From positions 1 to 35,495 of the forward strand of contig BTVJ01000075.1 of NCBI GenBank assembly GCA_045863395.1: 35,495 nucleotides of DNA, written 5' to 3'. Under the pieces are notes generated by a model. The model was not told where the DNA came from, made no database searches, and saw only the letters and a program-made list of their open reading frames with translations. Positions 1 through 9,257 of this stretch are shown here, piece after piece (position 1 is the first letter of the stretch; each line of letters starts with the position of its first letter). The position numbers and the translations under genes are program-made. Source of the DNA: Myxococcales bacterium. GTDB lineage: Bacteria; Myxococcota_A; UBA9042; JABWCM01; BTVJ01.

Positions 1-1241
1 CACGCGCCTGGGCAAGAGCCGCAGTCCTTGGGGCAGCTCTGGCATGACTCGCTGAAGGGATCGCACTTGCCGTCACCGCAGGCCCCCGCTCCGCACCCGC
101 CGCAGTCGAGCTTGCACTCGTCGGCGCAGAGGGAGTCCCACTGCGTGTCGCAACAGAAGGGATCGAGCTTGCAGACACACGCCTCGCAGGAGCACCCGGC
201 GCATCCGGGGCCGTCGGAGGGGACGCAGCCATCCTGCCCGCAGGGGCCGCAGTCCGTCGGGCAGCTCTCGCAGCTCTCTCCTGCTCCGCACTGTCCGTCG
301 CCGCACCCTGGCTCGCAGATGCTCTCGCCGACGCAGGCGCCATCGACGCAGGCGTCCTTGGCGGTGCAGGGATCTCCGTCGTCGCAGGGGCCGACCCGGG
401 CTGTGTGGACGCAGGTCACGCCCTCCGTACACTCGTCATCGGTGCAGGGGTTGCCGTCGTCGCAGCTCGTCGGGGAGGGCGCGCACTCTCCGGCGAGGCA
501 GCTGCCCAAGCCGCAGCCCCCGTCCGCGTTGCAGGCGGCTCCGTCAGCGGCGGCGGCGGTGGTGCAGCTCCCCGTTCCGGCGTCACAGCTTGCGACCACA
601 CAGGGCCCGACGGCGTTGCAGGTGACCACGCTCCCTGCCAGCGTCTGACACGTGCCCTCGACGCAGCTCAGCGTGCCATTGCAGAGGTCACCGTCCTCGA
701 ACGGCGCGCAGTCGGCGTCGGCTGAGCAGGAACATGCACTTGGATCTCCCGAGCAGGCGCCAAGGTGGCACGTGTCGCCGACGGTGCAGTCGAGGCCGTC
801 GTCGCAGGCGCCGGCCTGGGGGGTGTGGACACAGCCGCTCTCAGGGCTGCACGAATCGGCAGTGCACGGATTCCCGTCGTCGCAGCTCGTCGCGGCTCCG
901 CCCGTGCAGCTCCCCGCCTTGCAGACGGTCCCGCTCGTGCACGGGTCTCCGTCATCGCACGCGACGTAGTCCTTCTGATGCGTCACGGCGCACGTCCCCG
1001 TGGTCGTGTCGCACAGCGCGACCTTGCACAGCGCGGCACTCGTCGAGGCGCAGTCGGCGTTCGTCGAGCACGCCGGTCCCGAAGTGAGCGTATCGCTCCC
1101 GCCGCCTCCCTGACCGTCGCTGATCGCGACGTCGATGAAGGGCTCTCCGAACAGGTCGCCCGTCCCCGAGTCGGGGCAGCCAGTGAGCACCGAGGTCCAC
1201 AGCAACAGCGCTGCGAGCGTGCGAGCGTGGGAGAGGTTCAT
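1..1241 (-). CDS. Cys-rich repeat lipoprotein (CDDGNPCT 'Dictyostelium/myxobacterial' repeats, then CGDGxC repeats); runs off the left edge
   Basis: Not in the ORF track because there is no stop in the window. ATG at 1241 follows AGGAGG. Translates MNLSHARTLAALLLWTSVLTGC (lipobox LTGC), then CDDGDPCT, CDDGNPCTADSC, CDDGNPCTDDEC, CGDGQC...CESCPTDCG and CGDGKC...CQSCPKDCG. Confidence 0.85.
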   Translation of the reverse strand, partial: MNLSHARTLAALLLWTSVLTGCPDSGTGDLFGEPFIDVAISDGQGGGGSDTLTSGPACSTNADCASTSAALCKVALCDTTTGTCAVTHQKDYVACDDGDPCTSGTVCKAGSCTGGAATSCDDGNPCTADSCSPESGCVHTPQAGACDDGLDCTVGDTCHLGACSGDPSACSCSADADCAPFEDGDLCNGTLSCVEGTCQTLAGSVVTCNAVGPCVVASCDAGTGSCTTAAAADGAACNADGGCGLGSCLAGECAPSPTSCDDGNPCTDDECTEGVTCVHTARVGPCDDGDPCTAKDACVDGACVGESICEPGCGDGQCGAGESCESCPTDCGPCGQDGCVPSDGPGCAGCSCEACVCKLDPFCCDTQWDSLCADECKLDCGGCGAGACGDGKCDPFSESCQSCPKDCGSCPGA

Positions 1242-1701
1242 GCCGCTGGTCCTCCTGTGTAGCGGGGCGTCCCGGTCGCAAGAGGGCCAGCCCTCAGCGG
1301 AACGTGATCGTCGGGGGTGAGCTCCCCGCCCCCGGCGGGCTCCTGCTCCCGGGTCGGGGTTCTGGCATGGCAGCGTGTTCCGGGGGCAGCTCTCTGAGGT
1401 CGCCGGTGTCATCGGGAGGGTCATGGTTATTGGAAGCTCCATGGCGCCGTGTGAGGACGATGGACCACTCACCCAACGGCGCCATCGGCGCGCGTCGGGC
1501 CGGGGGTACTTGACGACTCGCTCGACCATCGAAGAGGGTAGCGGTAGCCCACGCAGGGATCAATGGAGATGTCCCGACCCGAGGTCTCCGGGGTCCCGGC
1601 CGCAGCCTACGGGGCCGACGTCTCCGCTCTGATCCCTGGGCCCCGCGTCGGTCCTGCGCTGCCGTCACGGGTGCCGCGAACTCCGCCCGAGAGAGGCCCC
1701 C

Positions 1702-4008
1702 CTACCTGAGTGAGTCGATCTCCGCGCGGCTCAGGGCCTCCTTGCCGGTGGCATCGATCTCGAGAGCGCGGGAGCCCCGGACAAGGGTCACGCGATCACC
1801 GAGGGCCAGGTACTGGCCGAGGTCCGGGATCTCCTTGAGCAGCTCGAAGTAGGCGGCGCTCAGGTACTTGACCTTGATGGTCTGAAGGGACGACGACCAC
1901 GCCTTGTCCACCCAGCGCCCGCTCTTCCACTGGAAGGTTCGCCCGCCGACGTAGCGGATGCCGGCGCCGTCGTCCTCGGAGACCGTCGTCGACGTCTTCA
2001 TGCCCTGCACGGCCTTGGCGCTGGATACGGCCGCCTTGCCCTCCTTGGCCCGGAAGCTGCGCTCGTCGGCGAGCGCGTCCATGGGGGCGTCCTCTGCCTC
2101 CGCCGCGGGCCGGGGTGCGGCGCTTGGTGCGCGGCTCGCGGACTCTCCGGGCCCGCTCGCATCGCCGTCGCGGCTCGGGAGGCCGCCCACGGTCCTGCCT
2201 CCCGCCCCCCAGGGCTGCTCCATGCGCACGGGCCGGTTGGCATCCGGCCGAGCGACGGGCGTGGTGGGCTCCACGACGAGGTACGAGGTATAGGGCGTCA
2301 CGATGCCAAAGCGCGTGGCGAGCTGGATCACCTCGTCGCGCAGCTCCGACGTCTCCCCCCGCAGCCGGATCTCGTCCAGGAGGTACCCCACCTGCCGCTG
2401 TGCCCAGAGCCGGGCGATGAATGCGTTCTTCTTCGACTCCCCAGGGAAGGTCCCCTCGAAGTCGAAGTGCACCGTCTGGCGGTCCAGCTGGCCGGTCAGG
2501 CGAACGAGCGAGTCGCCGGCGTCCCGGTAGCGCCCGACCACCAGGAGCTGCCCGCCGTGGAACAGGTCCGGGAGGCGCTTGGGCAGCACCGCGTAGGTCT
2601 TGACGCCCCCGATCTCCAGGCCCACGTCGGTGAGGGCAGGGTGGCTCACCTTGTCGTAGAAACGGGAGATGCGAGTCTCGATCTCCTTGTCCTCCCGCAC
2701 GTAGGAGGTGACCCCCCCATTCTGGTCGGTGAGGAGGTCCAGGAGGTGCGTGTTCAGGTCGTCGCCCACCCCGAAGGCGAACACCCGGGCGGACTTCTCG
2801 TTGCGCTTGCGCACCTCCTCGAGGATCTGGGCCGGGTCGGTCTCACCGACGGTCGGGCGCCCGTCCGTGATGAACAGCACCATGTGGGGTCCAGCGGGCG
2901 TGGTGGAGAGCGCGGCCGTCAGCGCCTCGTGGATGGCGGTGCCGCCCGCGGGTTCGAGCTGGTCGACGAAGGCCAGCGCGGCCCCGACGTTGTCGCTGCT
3001 GGCCCTCTGCAGGCTGGCGCGCCACGGCTCCACGTCGCTGGAGAAGCGGATGACGTTGAACTCGTCGCGCGGGTCCAGGTGCTTCAGGCAGTACCGCAGG
3101 GCCGCCTTGGAGTAGTCCATCTTCGCGCCTGCCATGCTGCCGCTCGTGTCGACGACGAAGGTCACGCTCTTTCCGAGGATCTCCTTCGACTCGTAGGTGG
3201 CCTTCGGCGACGCCATGAGCAGGAAGTACCCGGGCTCCCCCTTCTCGCGGTAGGTGAGCAGGTTGAGCCCCACGTCCTTCTGGCTCACGCTGTAGTACAT
3301 CACGAAGTCACGGTCGAGCACGGCCCGCTCCTGCTCGAAGCCGACGGTGGCGAGGTGGTCATCCTTCTTGCGGGCGTAGATCTCGTGGCTCGGCGAGAAG
3401 ACCGTGCGGATCGGCGCCTTCGAGTGCAGCTTCAGCGTCAGCGTGAAGTCGTTGCGCGTCTGGACCGCCGCCCGCGGGGTCTTGAGGGGGTACGTGTACT
3501 TGTACATGCCCGCGTCGTGCTCCAGCACCTGGCTGAACGCGATCTCGACGCGCTGGTCGCCGTGGGCCGGGACGGGGAACACCCGCGCCTGGAACAGGTC
3601 GTTGCCTAGCCACTCGACCAGGCCCGGGTCCTTCATGCGCCTGACGATGTCCTCATAGATCCCTCGCGCCTTGTTGCGCTCCAGGACCTCCCCGGGGGTG
3701 CGCTTGCCGTTGATGTAGAGCGCGAAGCCGTCGAGCGCCGCGCCGGGAGGCACTGGGAACACGTAGGTCGCCTCGAGCTGGCGCCCCGTGTTGTTCCTGA
3801 ACGACTGCTCCACCTTCGTGACGGAGGTGCCGTCCTGGACGTCCACCTCCACCCGGTGCCAGGTCACCTCGAGGGGAGCAAGGCCCTGATCTTTCGGTAT
3901 GAGCATGCCGCTGGCTCGGGCCAGCGGAGTGGAGCCGGTCGTCGCGGCGACGGCGAGCGCCAGGGTCGCAATGCGCAGCAGGGTGCGGTGAACAGTTCGG
4001 GGAGCCAT
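1702..4008 (-). CDS. Secreted VIT + von Willebrand factor A domain protein (inter-alpha-trypsin inhibitor heavy-chain-like)
   Basis: ATG at 4008 follows AAGGAGG, then a signal peptide. VIT motifs VEQSFRN...LEATYVFPVP and ARGIYE...DPGLVE. vWA MIDAS DTSGS...GGT...FITDG. C-terminal IVTPYTSYLV. Confidence 0.9.
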   Translation of the reverse strand: MAPRTVHRTLLRIATLALAVAATTGSTPLARASGMLIPKDQGLAPLEVTWHRVEVDVQDGTSVTKVEQSFRNNTGRQLEATYVFPVPPGAALDGFALYINGKRTPGEVLERNKARGIYEDIVRRMKDPGLVEWLGNDLFQARVFPVPAHGDQRVEIAFSQVLEHDAGMYKYTYPLKTPRAAVQTRNDFTLTLKLHSKAPIRTVFSPSHEIYARKKDDHLATVGFEQERAVLDRDFVMYYSVSQKDVGLNLLTYREKGEPGYFLLMASPKATYESKEILGKSVTFVVDTSGSMAGAKMDYSKAALRYCLKHLDPRDEFNVIRFSSDVEPWRASLQRASSDNVGAALAFVDQLEPAGGTAIHEALTAALSTTPAGPHMVLFITDGRPTVGETDPAQILEEVRKRNEKSARVFAFGVGDDLNTHLLDLLTDQNGGVTSYVREDKEIETRISRFYDKVSHPALTDVGLEIGGVKTYAVLPKRLPDLFHGGQLLVVGRYRDAGDSLVRLTGQLDRQTVHFDFEGTFPGESKKNAFIARLWAQRQVGYLLDEIRLRGETSELRDEVIQLATRFGIVTPYTSYLVVEPTTPVARPDANRPVRMEQPWGAGGRTVGGLPSRDGDASGPGESASRAPSAAPRPAAEAEDAPMDALADERSFRAKEGKAAVSSAKAVQGMKTSTTVSEDDGAGIRYVGGRTFQWKSGRWVDKAWSSSLQTIKVKYLSAAYFELLKEIPDLGQYLALGDRVTLVRGSRALEIDATGKEALSRAEIDSLR

Positions 4009-4249
4009 GAGACCTCCTTGAGGCGTTCGTCGACAGCAGCGCCTGTGACGTGCGTCGGCGGCAAAGGATCTCGCCATCGTCGGGTCGCGGGGGCTGCCCG
4101 TCCAGACCGGAGCGTCGTGAGGCGCCAGTGCGCGAGCGCTTCCTTGCGCACCCGGGCCCTCGCGGGCACTCCACAGTGCGTGATTTGCGCAGCCGCAAGG
4201 CGGCATGGTACTCAACGACCCGACTACGCTGGTCGCTCCAAGGGGTCGC

Positions 4250-4768
4250 ATGGGCGCTTCCACCTCCGCTGTCTCCCTCTGCGCCAATGACCGGGTCCGG
4301 CGACGCGCTCCGCTGCCCCGGCCACATGCCGGGGGTCCTGGCTCCTGGCGACGCCTGCGGTGGCGCCAACCCTGGGCCACGCTACCCGTTGCTCTCTCGC
4401 TCATCGTCTGTTTGGCCGCTTGCGCGCCCGACGACGGCGGGACCGTGGATGGGCCCGTCGCCGTTCCATCCTGCGCCTCGGTGCAGACCTTCGGCAACGG
4501 GGCGTCCTGTGACGTAGCGGGCGCCGTCGATCTGAAGGTCTGCGGCGATCTCTCCCTGGCCGCCTGCAGCCCGGGGCGTCTCTGCTACTCCGGCGCGCAG
4601 GCCCTCGCCTGTACGTGCGCGGCCGACGCGGACTGCGCGGGGCGCACGTCCTACGTCAACACCGCGCGCGCCGCTGCCGGACAGCCTCCGCTGACCTCGC
4701 GCTGCGTCGCCGGCCTGTGTGCGGGGGATCTCGACCTCGCCGAGCCCGCGCCGCCCGTCGAGCAGTGA
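4250..4768 (+). CDS. Small Cys-rich lipoprotein, hypothetical (start codon uncertain)
   Basis: Hydrophobic stretch and lipobox LSLIVCLAAC, followed by about 10 Cys (CASV...SC...C...ACSPGRLC...CTCAADADC...RCVAGLC). GC3-rich codons from about 4400. Confidence 0.6.
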   Translation: MGASTSAVSLCANDRVRRRAPLPRPHAGGPGSWRRLRWRQPWATLPVALSLIVCLAACAPDDGGTVDGPVAVPSCASVQTFGNGASCDVAGAVDLKVCGDLSLAACSPGRLCYSGAQALACTCAADADCAGRTSYVNTARAAAGQPPLTSRCVAGLCAGDLDLAEPAPPVEQ

Positions 4769-4863
4769 GGTCCGCGCGCTGAGCGGTGCCCTCGGGTCCA
4801 CGCGCCGTCCCCGGCGCGAGAGACGGCTCCATGCGTCGGAGCCATGCAGGAGCCCCCTGCGCA

Positions 4864-4893
4864 TTGACGCCCGAGGTGGGCAGACGCTATCCT
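4864..4893 (+). promoter_or_regulatory. Putative sigma70 promoter of the DsbA-family gene
   Basis: TTGACG-N18-TATCCT, about 40 nt upstream of the GGAGG-ATG. Confidence 0.5.
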
Positions 4894-4934
4894 TTGCCGC
4901 CCGGCAGACGGGCCGGAACCACGGAGGATTCGCG

Positions 4935-5996
4935 ATGCAGACGCACTCGCTCGTTTCGGCCCTGCTCATCCTTGGGGCTGTCGGCTTTGGCCTGGGTCGC
5001 CTCATCGCGGTATCCACCGGGTCCTCGGAGGCACCCGCCGCGACGTCCACCGCGCCGCAGGCGGTGGCGCTCCCGCAGCCGCCCCCGATGATCGCGCCGC
5101 CGTCACCGCAGGCCGCCCCCCAGGTCCAGGCCCCGCAGGCCGCCCCCCAGGTCCAGGCCCCGCAGGTGCCGGCGCCCGCCCAGCCGGCCGCTGCCGCCCA
5201 GCTCGGGGCGCCGCCCCAGGTGGCAGCCGCCCAGCCGCCCCCCCCGCGCGTAGAGGCGCCGCCCGCCATCTCGGCCTTCCCCAAGGAGCCCGGGGTCCCC
5301 GACCTGCCGGCCGGGCCGCTGCCCAACGCCAAGCCGCACCCACTACCCGGCGCGCCGAAGGGGTGGCTCCCGTCGCCGGCGCTGGGTTCCGACGAAGGCA
5401 AGGTCACGGTGGTCGTCGCGTCCGACTTCCAGTGCCCCGTGTGCCGCCGCGTCGTGGAGCCCGTCGAGGCGCTGGTCCACGAGGTGCCCGAGGTCCGCAT
5501 CGAGTTCAAGCAGCACCCCCTGTCGTCCCACCGCCGCGCCGAGCCGGCCGCCGTGGCGTCCATGGCTGCCCACAAGCAGGGGCGGTTCTGGGAGTACCAC
5601 AACCTCCTGTTCCAGAACCAAGCGGCCCTGGAGGACGCCGATCTGGAGCGCTATGCCCAGCAGCTCTCCCTGGACATGGACCGCTTCCGCAAGGACCTCC
5701 AGGACCCCGCCCTGCTGGCTCAGGCGCGCGCCGAGAGCAAGGCGTCGGAGCTCCTTGGTGCCCGCGGAACGCCGGCCTTTTTCATCAACGGCAAGCTGCA
5801 GGTCGGGTGGGGCTCGTACTTCGGCTTCAAGCAGATGGTCGTCGATGAGCTGGCCGCCGCCAACGCCGCCGTCAAGGCCGGCACCCCCCCGACCAAGGCC
5901 TACGAGGCGCGCGTGCTGGCGAACCACGAGAGCGGCCCGGACTACGTGAAGTACTTCATCCAAGGGACGCCCCCCGCCGAGGCAGCTTCTCCCTAG
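4935..5996 (+). CDS. Membrane-anchored DsbA/thioredoxin-fold protein with a Pro/Ala/Gln linker
   Basis: GGAGG RBS and N-terminal TM helix. SDFQCPVC active site, FKQHPL, QGRFWEYH and the cis-Pro loop GTPAFFING. Confidence 0.9.
   Translation: MQTHSLVSALLILGAVGFGLGRLIAVSTGSSEAPAATSTAPQAVALPQPPPMIAPPSPQAAPQVQAPQAAPQVQAPQVPAPAQPAAAAQLGAPPQVAAAQPPPPRVEAPPAISAFPKEPGVPDLPAGPLPNAKPHPLPGAPKGWLPSPALGSDEGKVTVVVASDFQCPVCRRVVEPVEALVHEVPEVRIEFKQHPLSSHRRAEPAAVASMAAHKQGRFWEYHNLLFQNQAALEDADLERYAQQLSLDMDRFRKDLQDPALLAQARAESKASELLGARGTPAFFINGKLQVGWGSYFGFKQMVVDELAAANAAVKAGTPPTKAYEARVLANHESGPDYVKYFIQGTPPAEAASP
5106..5166 (+). repeat. 27-nt perfect tandem repeat (~2.3 copies) encoding PQAAPQVQA in the DsbA linker
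   Basis: ccgcaggccgccccccaggtccaggcc at 5106-5132 and 5133-5159, plus a partial third copy. Confidence 0.9.
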
Positions 5997-6303
5997 ACCC
6001 CTCCGCGGCGACCAGTCGAAGCGCAGGCTTGAGCGACTGCCCCAGGATCTCCGCAGGGCCCCCCACCTTGGGCCGTAGCTGCCCCTCCACCAGCACCCTG
6101 ATCCCGCTCCTCAGGGCCTCGCGCCAGGACTCCGCCAGCTCGGAGGCGAGCAGTACTCTCAGGTGACTTGGCTGCATCTCCGGGCGGCAGGGCCCCTCAT
6201 GGATGCAGAGGAGGAAAGCGATCATCGGCACCCCCCTGGCGGTGTATCCGAAGGGGCTGACCCGGCCGACGAGCCCCTCGAAGCGAACGTGGTTCACCAT
6301 CAT
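5956..6303 (-). CDS. Short SSB/PriB-like OB-fold protein
   Basis: GGAGG RBS. Pattern N-x-V-x-x-x-G-x-V...YTARG...F-x-L...LAE...LRSG-x-x-V-x-VEGQLR. No acidic C-terminal tail. Confidence 0.7.
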   Translation of the reverse strand: MMVNHVRFEGLVGRVSPFGYTARGVPMIAFLLCIHEGPCRPEMQPSHLRVLLASELAESWREALRSGIRVLVEGQLRPKVGGPAEILGQSLKPALRLVAAEGSREKLPRRGASLG

Positions 6304-6463
6304 GCACCTCCCGCCGGTCCTCGCCGGCCGGCGTCCAAGGTGCAGCGCCCGTGCCAGGTGCGCTCGCTCACAGTTTATTGAAATTGAAGTGGATTTCCGC
6401 CCAGGTTGCCTTGAGACCCGAGCGCTTGGTCTCGGCACGTCTCTGCGGGGGACGGTCGTGGGA

Positions 6464-6745
6464 CTACTTCGGGACGCCGGCCTCGTCGTAGCAGCTCAGG
6501 AGGGTCTTGTCCTCGACCTCCTCCAGCTTGCAGCCGCCGGGGCACTCCTGGCTCACCTCGAAGCGGCTGTCGGTGCACACGAGCTCCCGATCCACGTCGC
6601 CCGAGTTGTCGCAGGCGTACTTGCCCTCCTCCTTGCACGGGTCGTCCTGGCGGGCCTTCCCGATGGCGCCCGGGACCTCCTCAACGGAGCACGCGACGAG
6701 GGACAGCAGGGAACACACAGCCAACAGCGAGGACAGCTTCTTCAT
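6464..6745 (-). CDS. Small Cys-rich lipoprotein, hypothetical
   Basis: AGGAG RBS. MKKLSSLLAVCSLLSLVAC lipoprotein signal. Six further Cys in the mature part. Confidence 0.8.
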   Translation of the reverse strand: MKKLSSLLAVCSLLSLVACSVEEVPGAIGKARQDDPCKEEGKYACDNSGDVDRELVCTDSRFEVSQECPGGCKLEEVEDKTLLSCYDEAGVPK

Positions 6746-6775
6746 GGGGGGCTCCTGGGTCGAACGGCGCGGTCG

Positions 6776-6805
6776 ATCCTATGCGCCGTCGCGGGAGCCT
6801 GTCAA
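6776..6805 (-). promoter_or_regulatory. Putative sigma70 promoter for the small lipoprotein gene
   Basis: Minus strand reads TTGACA-N18-TAGGAT in the gap after the caspase stop. Confidence 0.55.
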
Positions 6806-6816
6806 AAAAGCGCCGC

Positions 6817-8406
6817 TCAGAAGTTCACCTGCATGCGGATGAGCCAGTTCATGGTCAGGAGGTCCAGCTCGTCTCCGTCGGCCTCGAAGTGGAGCCAGGA
6901 CGCCGAGATGTTCGCGCCGACGGTCAGCTCGGGGATGATGCGATACCCCACCTCGACCGCGGCCCCAGGCGTGAACGTGTTGTAGAACTGGACGGGATCG
7001 GCCGCTGGGGCGACCTCCGCGCTCGGCGGATCCACCCGCCGCCTGAACATCACCCAGGCAACGCGGGGCCCCAGCGCGACGTGAAAGTCCTGGATCTGGA
7101 AGCGATAGAAGAGCGTGGCACCCACCATCGCCTCGAAGAGGCTCTGGTCCGTGGGCCCCGTGGCGAGGGTGATCGTCTGGTCCGACACGGTGAAGAGACC
7201 CTCGATGCCCAGGTCGAGGCCGGGAACGCCCAGGTTGTGCAGGCGCACGTCTACCCCGTAGAGCAGCGTGTCGTTGACGTAGCCCGACGTGAACGCCTCG
7301 TCGTAGAAGGTCTGGGCTCCGAACCCTGCCGCCACGGAGACGGCGAACCCGGGGCGGCGCAGCGCATAGTCGGCGCGGGCGATGTCCTCCAGCGCGTCCG
7401 GCTGGATCACGACCTCCTCGTTGGTGCCCACGTCCACCCGCACGTGCCTGAGGCGGTCGTCGCTCCGCTCGTACACGTCGAGCTCGCTCGCCCGCACCGC
7501 GATGGACCGGCGGGTGCCCCGCTTCTTGAGCACCTCGGCCAGCACGGTGTCGCTCGATGGATCCCAGATCAGGTAGCTCCCCTCCGACTCCTCCGGCAGG
7601 GTCAGCAACGCCGGGGCCCGCTCCAGGTGGGACAGCACGACGTCTCCATTCTGCGCCGACTCGAAGTGCGGGTGCTGGCGCCCCCCGACGGTCGCCTCCG
7701 AGCGCTTGAGGGTGGCGTGATAGGCGTATTGGTACAGCTCGCCGAGGGTCACTCGCCGGTCGCCAGTGTAGTCCGCGTCCCCGCGCAGGCCGCTCACCAG
7801 GGTGCTGGTGAAGAAGGCGCCCCGCAGCTCATCGGACTCCTGGGACGCCTCGCTCGCAGCGCTGGACGTCAGGATGGCGTAGCCGGTCGAGCCGGAAGTG
7901 TCCTCGACTCCCAGGGGGAACGTGTCCGTGCGCCGTCCCCCCTTTTCGCGCAGGATGGCTCCCGAGTGGCATGCGTCCAGAATGCCGAGCCGCATGTCCG
8001 CCCCGGAGCTCTGCAGCCGAGCCCGAAGCTCGGCCATGGGGAACCGCGAGGCGCCCAGCTCCAGGTGGGTGGGCTCCGCGTGGCCGGAGTAGTAGAACAG
8101 CAGCATGGTGTGATCGACCCCCGAGGCCTTCAGTGCCTCGATGCGGGTCTCCACCGTGTCGAAGGCGCCCCGGAGCACGTCCCCGCCGTCGCCGGTCAGG
8201 AGGATGATGTCCTCCGCCGCGAAGCCTCCGAGATCCACGAGCACGTCGTAGACCTTCTCCGCGTCGCTCTCGGCGTGGCGAAGCGTCTCGGTGGCCCCTG
8301 ACCCGACGTTGTTGCCCACGATGATCGCGACGCGCCGGGTCGCGCCCTCCGCGGCGCGCGGGAGCACCGACACCAGCAGGACCACAGCCAGGAGTCGCCA
8401 GGTCAT
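6817..8406 (-). CDS. Exported caspase-family (peptidase C14) protein with a C-terminal outer-membrane beta-barrel-like domain
   Basis: Signal peptide and RVAIIVGNN...LRHAESDA. Catalytic dyad FYYSGHA and LDACHSG, then SQESDELRGAFFT. The C-terminus has amphipathic beta strands and ends in Phe (RMQVNF). Confidence 0.9.
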   Translation of the reverse strand: MTWRLLAVVLLVSVLPRAAEGATRRVAIIVGNNVGSGATETLRHAESDAEKVYDVLVDLGGFAAEDIILLTGDGGDVLRGAFDTVETRIEALKASGVDHTMLLFYYSGHAEPTHLELGASRFPMAELRARLQSSGADMRLGILDACHSGAILREKGGRRTDTFPLGVEDTSGSTGYAILTSSAASEASQESDELRGAFFTSTLVSGLRGDADYTGDRRVTLGELYQYAYHATLKRSEATVGGRQHPHFESAQNGDVVLSHLERAPALLTLPEESEGSYLIWDPSSDTVLAEVLKKRGTRRSIAVRASELDVYERSDDRLRHVRVDVGTNEEVVIQPDALEDIARADYALRRPGFAVSVAAGFGAQTFYDEAFTSGYVNDTLLYGVDVRLHNLGVPGLDLGIEGLFTVSDQTITLATGPTDQSLFEAMVGATLFYRFQIQDFHVALGPRVAWVMFRRRVDPPSAEVAPAADPVQFYNTFTPGAAVEVGYRIIPELTVGANISASWLHFEADGDELDLLTMNWLIRMQVNF

Positions 8407-8410
8407 CGGC

Positions 8411-9226
8411 TCAGTCTGCCACCTTGCGGATCACGAGGGAAGCCTGGGCCGTCCCGTCCAGGGGGAGGCGCCCCATCTTCTGAATGGAGGCGCTCGCCCG
8501 CAGCGCGTTGGCGGCGGCGCGTTGCACGGCGCTGGTGTCGAGGGGCGCCTCGCTGAAGACGGCGAGCAGGCGCTCGGGACCAACGTACCCATCCAGGGTG
8601 ACCGCCCCGGGGAGCGGGATGCCGCGGCCCGGGACGATGGCGATGCTCTGGCCGCCGCCGTCCGGATACCACGCGCTGACGGTGCCCGATCCGTCGATGC
8701 TCCCGAGCCAGAGCCAGCGCAGGTCCCCCGAGTCGTAGCGGAACGTGAGCTGCTCACCCGGGCGGCAGTCGGACCCGTCGAGCAGGGGAACAGCACCGCC
8801 CGGCGACCACACGAGCACGTCGATGGCCACGTCGGCGTCACGGGGCGCCATGGCTCGCTCGCCGGTCACCGTCCCCTTGGAGCGAGTGACGGGCTCGGAC
8901 GACCTGCGTGACGCCTCAGGCTCCAGCGCGGCGCTCGCGATGATCAGGGCGACCGATGCGGCCAGCGCACCCCAGACGCCCAAGGCCGGGCGCGAGCGCA
9001 GGGCCGCCCACCAAGCTCCGAAGCGCCCCGCGCGCCGGAGGCCGTGCACGAAGGCCGCGGGTGGCTTTGCCGCGTAGAAGGCGCGGCGCTCCGCCATCAG
9101 GGCGGGGTCCTCCTGGCCGGGGGTCGGGCGCCCCGTCCCTCCCTGGCGGACGAACCGCTCGTCCCAGCTCTCAGGTCCCCGGGCCCGGTCGATGAGTGCA
9201 TCCAGTTGCTCGTGATCTGCGGTCAT
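8411..9226 (-). CDS. Single-pass DUF4384/ActD-like putative anti-sigma factor
   Basis: Directly downstream of the ECF sigma gene. Central TM helix, 'TRSKG' motif, then PGEQLTFRY...SIDGSGTVSAWYP...LDGYVGPERLLAVFSEAPL. Confidence 0.75.
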   Translation of the reverse strand: MTADHEQLDALIDRARGPESWDERFVRQGGTGRPTPGQEDPALMAERRAFYAAKPPAAFVHGLRRAGRFGAWWAALRSRPALGVWGALAASVALIIASAALEPEASRRSSEPVTRSKGTVTGERAMAPRDADVAIDVLVWSPGGAVPLLDGSDCRPGEQLTFRYDSGDLRWLWLGSIDGSGTVSAWYPDGGGQSIAIVPGRGIPLPGAVTLDGYVGPERLLAVFSEAPLDTSAVQRAAANALRASASIQKMGRLPLDGTAQASLVIRKVAD

Positions 9227-9257
9227 GGCCTCATCCTCGCCCCCAAGAGGGGGCGCT

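Noticed and set aside
1277..1292. TGGC...TTGC on the minus strand as a sigma54 promoter
   Set aside because: Only 7 nt separate GG and GC, and 10 are required.
1702..4497. Long N-terminal extensions in the ORF track (VIT-vWA, dsbA, ECF sigma, argH, TIGR04551 copy 1, groES, dksA, giant repeat protein)
   Set aside because: Downstream starts match the family N-termini or signal peptides and most have an RBS. The extensions are low-complexity or overlap other genes.
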